Source: Lepidodermella squamata (lineage: Eukaryota; Animalia; Gastrotricha). Taken from it: 64,000 bases of DNA. The notes beneath the pieces were generated by a model, which saw nothing but the letters and a program-made list of their open reading frames with translations, was not told where the DNA came from and searched no databases. The DNA is taken from NCBI GenBank assembly GCA_047495785.1, contig JBLDXI010000023.1, positions 1,178,001 through 1,242,000 of the forward strand, written 5' to 3'. The translations under genes were made by a program, and so were the position numbers. This document shows positions 23,807 through 34,543 of the stretch, one piece after another; within the stretch, counting starts at the first letter, position 1; each line of letters opens with the position of its first letter.

Positions 23807-26800
23807 ATGATAAGAGCGATATTACTTTTGAGCTTTGTTGAAATTATCGCGAGTGAAACCATCGATGCTCACGAGAAGCAAGTGATAACTTCAAGTTGCA
23901 GCAAGTCAACCGATTCAGATAGGCTCAAAATACGGCTGCCTTTTCAGGATGCAATCTCTGGACCATTGGGCAGCGGAATATGGGCTTCTCAATCGATTCA
24001 AATAGCCCTCGATCGCCTGCGCTCGATGCCCAACTGGCTGCCGAACTACGACATAGAAATCGAACTTCTCGACAGTGAAGCCAACAACTCCGTTGTTATA
24101 TCACAGTTCATCCAACGGCTGTATTTCGATTCTGAAACGGAAGAAACTTTCCCCTTGATAACTATTCACGATATTTCAGGTCAAGCTCAAGAATATGAGT
24201 CATTGATGCTATCGCCTCTCAAATTCATCGGGGTAAGTTGCTTATCACTATTTATGATAGGTAAAATCCATTCCAATCATTAAAGGTCTCGAATTATCTA
24301 ACTTCTCTCAAGCTGACTACGGAACGATCGAAATTTCCGAATTTTTTCGGTCTTGGCGAGAGAGCTGATTACTTCTGCGCCGGGGTGGCCAGTTTCGCTC
24401 GAAAAATGAATTGGGATTCCGTTGGGCTCATCTCTGAAGTTGACGCGACTTGGAACTTGTACGACCGATGGTTTGTTCAGTATTTTGAGGCTAACAACGC
24501 CAAAGTCTCGCCAATCGCAAAGTTTTGGCCGGAGGATTTACAGAATACAGAGGAGGCTTTCGCCGAGCTGAAGGCAAGCCAATCTCGGATTATTTTACTA
24601 GCCGCCTGGGACAATGTTTTTGTCAGTTGCTGGCTTCATCGATTCGGTTTGTATGGTCCTAATTTCATCATAATGTACGCGAGCTGGAACAAGTTCGATG
24701 AAAATTCGACAATACCAGAGGAACTGAGTTGGTGTGACAGAACTTCGCTAATTGAAATTTTGAAGAGCTCCTTTTTGTACGTTGATCGAACTCTGGAAGA
24801 TGTTTATGGGGCGAATTCGACCCAGGATCTCACAGGCTACACTGCATCGGACTTCGAGATGGAATTGATGTTAACCCTCTAAGTCCGGCGGGTGTATGTG
24901 TAAGTCGCTTGGTGTTTTGGAAAGTTGCAAAAAAATGACAAAAATGTGTGTTACTATTGTAACTTTTAAAAGTGCTTGTGTTAACACAAGTCTTAAAATA
25001 TTTTCACCAATTTTTTTCATTTTGACCAAAAACGTCGTTTTTACATGTCGAAACACAAGCGAAACGATGTAAAAAATGTTTATTTGTGGGAACACACCTA
25101 TGTGGTTTAGCACGTAATTTTTTATTTATTTGGCAATTTTCAGGTCCTCTTCACTGCTACTGTCGTCTTCAAGTGACATTTGATAACGAAGTTAACAATT
25201 TTGGGGAACCATAAAATAAATTATTGCAGGTCTTTTATATGGCTGTCTTCTCATGTTTCGCAATGCCATGCGAACCCATTGTTTTGCAACAAACACCTTG
25301 AAAAGTCCTGTTACATCATACTTGTGTTTCGACTTGTAACAAAACTCTGAAAATTTTGATGCAAGTTGACAAAACCTCGATTTTTCGGCCAGGATTAGTT
25401 GATAAATCAGTGGCACCTTGACAAACCGGCTAGCATTACCGGCGCGCACCCTAACTACGCGCTTTTAGCCGATGAAAATCGATATCGAATCGGCGGCAAT
25501 CAAATTTATCGGAATTGGTACGCCAAAATCACTTGATAACTTTTTGTCAAGTGAAAAATGGCTGTCACTAGAGTGCGTAAGCACCAGATGTTGCTGACAA
25601 CATTTTTATAAGCACAGCTGCGCAACTCAATTTAGGGCCTTGAAAACAGTGATTAAAAGATCGTATGTGTTTTCGCATGTTAATTGGTTTCCAAAACACG
25701 TTCGTGTGTTCGAATGGCAATCAGAGCGACAAAAAATTGCCCCTCATCATGTGTGCACACATAATGGCACATGTGTTTCGACGAGTTTAAGAGTCGAGGG
25801 ACATTTACCTAATTACTGTGTTGTGTAATCGCACGTTGCGGACGCGCCCGCCTGGGTGCTGCAAGCTCAGGTAAGGGGCTCAACCGTGGTATAAAAATTT
25901 TATGCCGAAAATTAATAAGCAATCCACACCTACGCCGAGAAGTTGCAATTGACGAAAACCCATAGTCGGACTTAGAGGGTTAAGGATCCCTGAGCATCAA
26001 CGATCTCTTCCTCTAACTTACCCATTTTATGAGCGAATACTTTTCATTGGACTAATTCTGAATCATACAGAAGCTATTCTCGCTACTAAAGGAGAAACTC
26101 TATCAGATTGGACCACAAACCAAGCTTTGTTCCAGCAAAATGGTTCAGAAATAGTTTCTGTAATGAAAGAGGCTATTATGCGAACTGAATTCACTGGTTT
26201 GAAAGGAATCTACCGATTCGACCCTAATTCTATGCTCTCAACCGGAGGTCAGCCTATTGCATTTTCTCAGATAAGATTCGAAAATAACCAATCCGTTCAA
26301 TGCGTTGGGGCCAACTTTCTGTCATGGATGAATGATTCTACTGTTATGAAGGCTGACTGTCCCTTCGTGTGGCTCACCAAGTCGAAACTACCTCCGAGGG
26401 GCGAAATATCTGTGATTGAAGTTAAGGAGTCCCTTTTGACGAGAGAGGCTGATATAGTTCTGAAGTCAATCGCCGGCCTCCTCGTTTCGATCAATGTAGG
26501 TAGTATGGCTGCGAATCGAGGGCATACTATCAGGACAATGGGAATCTTCGGAAATATCCTCATGGTCAGTCACGCTTTCCTCATACCTTCAAGCTGGTCG
26601 GATGATATTGGGAAATACTTCTCAGCCATGATTTTTCTCGTAATTTCAGGATTTTCAACGATATGGATAGCGAATTTGTTTGACCTTGAAAGTCTTGAGC
26701 TTAAAACTCGGGCTCGCAGTACGCCGAGAGTCTCGGCTAGAACGAGTATTCAATTCTTTAACCCCCAACCTATAAAGGTTGATTACTCATTTGTTCGAAA

Positions 26801-27407
26801 GGTGACCCCAAAGAACATTTTCATGGCTCTGATTTTCACATCAGTTGAGGCGATTTTCACAGCGATTATGTTGATTTTAAATCCAATATCGAAGCTGGAC
26901 GTTCTAGCCCAAGTTGACTTTGCATCGGATGACGACGTTCTGAGACGAATTATTCGCAACGAAGCCTCAGTTCTCGATTCTCTCACAGCTTCGATCAGTG
27001 GAAAAGTTTTGCTGGCGCTTATCTTCGTCCCATTGCTGCTGATTGTTATCAGATCTCTCTTTTTGGCTAAACAGAGAGGCCGCTATGCTAACAAGCCGCT
27101 GGCCGTCAGCATAATTGCTTCTGCGAGTGTGATTGCAGCCGGGATATTGGTTGGCATAACTCAGGCTGCTGATGGGCGAAGTCTCATGTTGACGGTGTCC
27201 ATAGTTGTGTTATGTCTGGGCTCGATTAGCACCGCTGCTTTCGCCGCTGGGTTGTCATGGGGAAATTTGTTTAAGCTCTTCACCCAATCACCTCTGCCCA
27301 ATCATCAAACCCAGGAACCTGCAAATTCAGTTAGTTTGACTCGAACCTCGAACCGCAGCTCTAATCGATTGCAAAAGCAGGCAGTATCCGGCGAACCCAT
27401 CCGTTAG
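23807..27407 (+). pseudogene. GABA-B-like class C GPCR, copy 1, interrupted by a piggyBac-type element (otherwise intact ORF)
   Basis: Exon 1 23807-24232, intron, exon 2 from 24286. Signal peptide, Venus-flytrap domain (ALDRLRSMPNWLPNYDIEIELLD) and 7 hydrophobic helices. Removing 24875-25983 restores frame (MELM-LRIPEHQRSLPLTYPFYER). Confidence 0.88.
24875..25979. mobile_element. Non-autonomous piggyBac element
   Basis: TTAA TSD (24871-24874 and 25980-25983), perfect 13-bp TIR CCCTCTAAGTCCG / CGGACTTAGAGGG, no transposase ORF. Confidence 0.93.
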
Positions 27408-27771
27408 CAGAATCGGGACTTCGAAATGATGCCCCGCAGACGACGAAAAGAACCTATACTTTTCTAAACGCTTGACTTAGTTCTAAAATATTCCGTAGCC
27501 AAATAGCCATTTTGCCGATTCGATATCACCAAACCCCTAGTAAAGCTTCATTTGATATTGATAAAATTAAGTGAACATGTATTGTCGGATAATTGCTCAC
27601 ATTTTAGATTATCGGATGAAATAAGGCACTTTTATAATAAAGGAGACAAATGTCTGACGAAGAGGTCACGCTCCAATTTCAAGGAAATTGTCATGATGAA
27701 TTTAGTTTGCTTTAGAAGAAAGCATTTAAATCTACCGCATTAGGGTGATGGTTTCAACCTAGTCTTTCTTA

Positions 27772-28654
27772 TTATTGATTGAAGGTTTCCTTTACTGCAT
27801 GGCGAGTATTGTCGGTTGGGCAGCATTTGCTGCATCGAATTTCAGAAAACTGAAAAACAAACAACCATAACAATTGTTAAAATGTTCAAGGGAATTCGGT
27901 ATAGAGCGTACGTACCCAAAGCAGGTGGCCATGAGTGTCCAGGTCGGCTTCGTATTTGAAGGGCATGAATACTGGGTTAGTTGCCGTTGGGTCGCATGTG
28001 AGGAAAGCCACAGAACGGCTGTTAATCCAAAGGTTTATATATTAGAGCTTGTGGCACTAAAGCTAAAGAAAATTGAATTCGACCCACAACTTCAGAAATT
28101 GTGATTAGTGGGCCGGTTAGAATGGATTGAATACGGTCGATTCAAGCCCAATGTTTCGTTTACGCCTAGACTTCGCCCAGAGATCTCAGAGATTATTGGT
28201 ATACCCCGATTCCAGATTGTTAAATCAGAAAGTCAGAATCAACCGAATAACTTACTGCTTCTGTTCAATGGAATTCTGTACAAGGGCTAGCGTTGCGTTT
28301 AAATTGCTAGGCATAGTTCGCAATTGGAAGTCTGTCGTGCTTGGTTCTGCAATAACATTCGCATATGAACTTGACCATTCAGCCCATTGGCACACGCTGG
28401 CTCTGTTGTGGCAAGGGGTTGGTCAAAGCTCGGCAAAATGCGAAGTCGTAGCTCCAAGTATCTACCTCATCCACAGCACTTAGCGTAAGGTTGGAATAGC
28501 TTGTGAAATTTATGAATCCGCTGCCATCCGCAAGTTTACAAGCACAGGTACCCATCTTGAAATCTGACGTGCAAGCAGATCGGCCGGATTCTGCCACGCT
28601 CAGAGCGAGCTGTGAGCTAACGAGGAGTAAAATAGCAATCAAGTCAAACATCAT
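27772..28654 (-). pseudogene. Single-domain MRH-like secreted protein, paralog of 5485-7440, frameshifted
   Basis: MMFDLIAILLLVSS...SACTSDFKMGTCACKLADGSG...FAFCRALTN, then a frame change near 28418 to PCHNRASVCQWAEWSSSY. Later exons RSVAFLTCDP... and FSEIRCSKCCPT... have the same intron positions as repeat 1 of the paralog. Confidence 0.8.
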
Positions 28655-28974
28655 ATTCGGGCTTTCTGCAAGGTGCACAAAGAATTCCTGAAATAACAGT
28701 GAGGATGCAAAGAAATATACAAGCGATAAGCGCTGGACTGTTTGATTGCGAGGCTTCTTGTGTTGATTTTATGCTATCTCTTCCAGCTACAATTGTGTGC
28801 GCACTCAACAGTCACAATTCTCTATGAACCCTATGATGCTGGCTGCCGCGTGAATCCTGATTCCTGATTAGAAAATGAGATAAAAAATAATGGAGATCAC
28901 ATATTCCCCAGTTTCAGTTTTTGTTGAAAATTGCAAGTTGAAAACCAGAATCCTTGCGGCTTCGTACGCTAAAA

Positions 28975-29496
28975 CAGTTGTTCTCCAATCCTGGCACGCG
29001 TACCAGTCGTGGAACTCCCAGAAAACTGATCGGCATGCGTGCCAAAACTGGAGTTGTGACTGCGTGTCTTTAAGAATTACTATCATCAGTTTTATTCTCA
29101 TTTTTAGAGGTGTTAGGCGTAATTTTTTTAAATGCCTGAAGGTTTATTCGAATTTCCATTATATACCTAAGGTTCATAAATCATGCAGTGCGACTTTCAG
29201 AGGGGGAGGGGAGAGAGGAGATTCATCCACTCCAGCTCGGTCAGTTCGGACAAGAGAATGGCATTTTTCCAGAGCTGTTTCGTCAATTTTGAGAGGCTTT
29301 GGAGCTTGTTTTAGTGGAAAGTCTTCAGCATTTTATCGCTTCGCTCTTTTCTGTATGAAATCACGAGTCATCAGGGCAAATACAGCAAAAAAGTATTTCC
29401 GCCCCAGGCACCCCCCGGAAATATATTGGAATAGCACGCGAAACCCTTGACATGTCACTTTTCTTGCACAGCATCAAAAAAGTTTGAGAACCACTG
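28975..29496. mobile_element. hAT-Charlie-type MITE
   Basis: TIRs CAGTTGTTCTCCAA / TTTGAGAACCACTG; perfect 8-bp TSD CGCTAAAA (28967-28974 and 29497-29504). Confidence 0.88.
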
Positions 29497-30590
29497 CGCT
29501 AAAAGACCAGTTGTTGTCTCGACAACTACACAGGGCCGTGAAAGTACCGAATCAAATCCTTATAATGGTTAACACTTCCCTCAAGAATATTGTCTTGAAG
29601 GCTAGGGCAAACTGGACAAGAAAATGAAAATGTAGCCCGCTGTTTCATCGATTCCGGGACGATTTGGAGCGTGTTTCAGTGGAGAATTTTGTGAATCGAA
29701 TTTTAAAAATTGCCTCGAGTCGCTCAATTTTCAGTTGTAGTCGCTAGTCATATTATCGCAATATTTCTGCTGAACCTAGAAATGTTATGGATTAAGCGTC
29801 TCCTCGAAGTATGCCATAGCTTGAACCGGCGATGAGTTGGCGTTGGTCGGCCGTTTTTTGGTGGGAGGGGCTCAGGCCCTTCCTTATTAAGGGAGGCATT
29901 ATAGTAGAGTTGAGTATGGCGCTATAAATTCGATCATCTCGTACCATTCACCTTTTCACTTTGAGCTAGCATTTCACTAGTACTAGTTTCGCTATGATAA
30001 TAGAAGTTTCTCGGAGGGCTTTTGAATCTAACTACAGACTGGGAAGATGCCCTATAGCCTATAGTAGCGGTAAAATCGGAATAAAACTCATATTTTAAAG
30101 TCGACTAAACTTTGTTAATTATTAATCTAAGAAAATACGGCTTGTTCGTTCGCACAACTTTTCTAATCGAACGAAAACTAGATCTGGACAGCTCGTTCTG
30201 TTAGTTTTGTTGCAGAATATAGATTGGAATGTTGAAGTTCGCCAACTTATTTTATCGACTGCACGGCATGTGCTGTGGTAACGTGACATGGCCAATAACC
30301 GACATTCGTCATCATCCTCCTCGCTTACAATCATAGAAATAAACAGAATCAAGACTTGGCGCTCGATTTTTCGTCGCTCGATTTTTTAATCAAATGGAAA
30401 CTCACCCTTGAGCAATGTCGTCTTTAGACTCTGCGGCTAATTATACCTGATTAAAATGTTGATTGAAGTTACACGGTTTCTTTTATAGATTGCGCGGCAT
30501 GCGCTGGTAACATCACATGGCTAATGACCGATTTTTTCCATCCTCGTCGCTATACCGTCGCTTTAGTTCATTAGGAAATTTCTCTCGAAA

Positions 30591-33094
30591 ATGATAACAG
30601 CATTATTGCTCTTGAGCCTCCTGAAGTTCCTCGCGAGTCAATCCATCGATGCTCCTGAGAAGCACGTGATTACAGCAAGCAGCAGCAACGTAACCGATTC
30701 AGATAGGCCCAAAATACGGATACTTTACCAGGATACAAACACTGGACCATTAGGCAGCGGAATATGGCCTTTCGAATCTATGCAAGTAGCCCTTGATCGG
30801 CTGCGCTCGATGCCCAACTGGCTGCCGAACTACGACATTGAGATCGAACTTCTGGACGATCAAGGCAACGACTCTGTTTCCATTTCTCAGTTCACCCAAC
30901 GGCTGTATTTTGACTCTGAAACCGAAGACATTTTCCCATTAATGGGGATTCAAGATATAGCGGGTGAAGTTCAAGAATTACAAGCATTGATGGTATCCTC
31001 TCTCAATTTCATCGGCGTAAGTTACTTATCATCTAAGAGAGGTAAAATGCATTCTAATCATTCAAGGTGTCGAACTATCTAAGTTCTCTCAAGCTGACAA
31101 CCGAAAGGTCAAAATTTCCAAATTTCTTCGGTCTTGGCGAAAGGGCTGATTATTTCTGCGCTGGTGTGGTTAGTTTTGCTCGAAAAATGAACTGGAACTC
31201 TGTTGGGCTTATCTCTGAAGTCGAACCGACTTGGAACTTGTTCGACCGATGGTTTGTTCAGTACTTTGAGGCTAACAACGCTAAAGTCTCGCCAATCGCA
31301 AAGTTTTGGCCGGAAGATTTACAAAATACAGAGGATGCTTTTGCTGAGTTGAAAGAAAGCCAAGCTCGGATCATCATAACAGCCGCTTTGGACAACGTGT
31401 TTGTCAGCTGCTGGCTTCACCGATTCGGCTTGTATGGTCCTCATTTCGTCATTATTTTCGGGAGCTGGAACACGTTCGATGAAAATTCAACAATACCAGA
31501 GGAACTGAGTTGGTGTGACAGAACTTCGCTCATTGAAATTTTGCAGAGCTCTATCGTTTACGTTGATGGACCTCTGGAAAATGTTTACGGGGTAAATTCG
31601 ACCCAGGATCTAACAGGCTACACTGCATCGGAATTTAAAATAGAACTGATGTCTCGAATCGAAGACTATCAACCTTCTCCCATGCCTTTTATTTTTTATG
31701 AGCGAATCATGTTCATGGGGCTCATTCTAAATCATACAGAAGCTATTCTTGCTACGAAAGGCCAAACTCTGTCGGATTGGACAACAAACCAAGAACGATT
31801 CCAGCAAAATGGATCGGAAATCGTTTCTGTAATGAAAGAGGCCGTGTTGAGAACGGAATTCACTGGTTTAAAAGGAATCTACAGATTCGACCCTCATACC
31901 ATGCTGTCCACTGGAGGGCAGCCAATTGCGTTTTCTCAGATAAGATTCGAGAATAACCAATCCGTTCAATGCGTTGGGGCCAACTATCTGTCATGGTTGA
32001 ATGATTCTATCGTTATGAAGACTGACTGCCCGTACGTGTGGTTAACGAAGTCGAAACTACCTCCGAGGGGACACATATCTGTGATTGAAGTTAGGGAGTC
32101 CCTATTGACGAGAGAGGCTGATATAGTTCTGAAGTCAATCGCCGGCCTCCTCGTTTCGATCAATGTAGGTAGTATGGCTGCGAATAGAGGGCATAAAATC
32201 AGGACAATGGGAATCTTCGGAAATATCCTCATGGTCAGCCACGCTTTCCTCATACCATCAACCTGGTCGGATGATATTGGGAAATACTTCTCAGCGCTGA
32301 TTTTTCTCGTAATTTCAGGATTTTCAACGATATGGATAGCGAATTTGTTTGACCTTGAAAGTCTTGAGCTTAAAACTCGGGCTCGCAGTACGCCGAGAGT
32401 CTCGGCTAGAACGAGTGTTCAATTCTTTAACCCCCAACCTATAAAGGTTGATTACCATTCGTTTGTTCAAAACCTGACCTCAAAGCAAATTTCCACGGCC
32501 TTGATTCTCTCATCAGTTGAGGCGATCTTTACAGCGACTCTTCTGGGTTTATATCCAATAACGAAACTAGACGTTCTAGCCCAAGTTGAATTTTTATCAG
32601 ATGACGACGTTTTGAAGCGAATCATTCGCAACGAAGCCTCTGTTCTCGATTCTCTCACAACTTCGATTGGTGGGAAGGTTTTGCTGGCGCTTATCTTCGT
32701 CCCATTGCTGCTGGTTGTTATCAGATCTCTCTTTTTGGCTAAACAGAGAGGCCGCTATGCTAATAAGCCACTGGCCGTCAGCATAACTGCTTCGGCGAGC
32801 GTGATTGTCGCCGGGATTTTGGTTGGCATAACCCAGGCTGCTGACGGGCGAAGTCTCATGCTAACAGTGTCGACAGTTCTGTTATGCCTGGGCTCTATTA
32901 GCACTGCTGCTTTCGCCGTTGGATTGCCGTGGGAAAACGTACGTAAGCCCACTGTCGTGTCGCCTTCGACTAATCTCCGATCACGCGAATCTAAAAATTC
33001 AGTTGTTTTGACTCGATCCGCAGCTCTAATCGACGGCAAAAGCAGGCATTATCCTACGAATCCGCTAGTTGGTATAACTGGAACTTCAAAATGA
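30591..33094 (+). CDS. GABA-B-like class C GPCR, copy 2 (exons 30591-31016, 31067-33094)
   Basis: Signal peptide, VFT domain, no Cys-rich domain, 7TM. Conserved phase-0 intron GGC|gtaagt...aag|GTG; open frame. Confidence 0.9.
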
Positions 33095-34543
33095 CGTCCT
33101 GTCGAACCTATGCTGTTTAAAATTTAAAAGCTGAAACCAAATCTCCATTCGCCGATCATATATCGACTGCGATTCAATATTCATTCTCAGTCACCAAGAA
33201 CCTCTCTTTTAGTTTGCTAAAACTTTGTGAACATGTTTATTCTCGCGGATGATTCTAGTCACATTTCTGGCACTTCTGATAAAAGGAGGCACGTGTCTGA
33301 TGAGAAAAGTGACGCTACTCCACGTGTTCTCCACGCGAATACCAGGAGTATGGAAGAGACAGCCATTTTCAAAAAATTGTCATTTGTTACCGCGTTAAGG
33401 TATAGAGGGTAAATACTTATTTCGACATCCGACTACATTTGAACACCCTGCAAAAATTGATTCTATCAAATTTCTGCTGACAATTCTTCCAAATTTCTGC
33501 TTTTGATTTATGCGTTTTGCTGTTGATTCATCTTGCGGCATCCGGCTGGACGGTGCAATATTCGAATCTAAGCCATCATCTAGTGTGCGAAGTCTATTCA
33601 AATCGCCTTCAATCATTCACAGCCAAGCAAGGCGAATTCGATGATTTACAAGGTTTAAGCTCATGCGTGAATTGCCAAGGGACCATTTGATCATTTCACG
33701 GATTTTCGCCTATCAGTGTGTATATTTCATTCAAAATTGGCGCATTAAAATTTTCGAGAACGCTTAGACAACTAATTTTATTAAATTAAACCTACTGAGA
33801 GAATATTCATTTTAATCCGCGATTTAACCGAAGAAATAAAAAAATTCACCGGGAAACCCCAATGGTAGCTGCTTCGATGATTTTCGGTATTATACCCGGT
33901 TGGACCAAATTTCTCTGGATTTTTTTAACTAATTTTAATGAGGGTATCGTACTTCCAGTTCGGCAGGCCAAAATGGAAAAATCCCCGAAAAACCACAGGG
34001 GGACCCTTTGGTCATAAAATTGAGGCCCGATTTACCCCTTAGTCCAAGGGTCCTATTTCGCGCACTGTTTTATATTCTTAGAGATTTCGGCGTTATTGTT
34101 TATGCCCACACTGAACCTAGGATTTTTTATTTTAGCTGGCACCCTAAGATACGTAGAAAATATCGATGTTGGGTTCCAAGACGGAAAAATCACTGATTTG
34201 TAAAATCACAACTAATTTTAAGCTAATACAATTTTGTACTGTCTTCTGAATTTTATTGCTTCACTTCGCGTGTGACCCTGAAATCCAGGTCAGCGAAGCA
34301 CTTGTGGACATCGGTTCAATATCATTTATTAGCAAAATTCGCGCTCTTTCTATTTGACCTGATTTAAATGGCCACTCATCAATAGAAACTGCTAGGTCAT
34401 TTTTTTGTCTACTAACGTCGGTCATTTTGGTTGTTTTCTCTATTATGGTATAAAAGCACGATCATTATAGTGCATTTCGTGGTTTTTATTCCAGCTTATT
34501 ATTTCATCATTTTTTCTTGTTCCGTTTCGTTTCGTAATTTCAA

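Noticed and set aside
25192-25828. Small ORFs inside the piggyBac element as transposase remnants
   Set aside because: No DDD catalytic or Cys-rich C-terminal motifs were recognisable.
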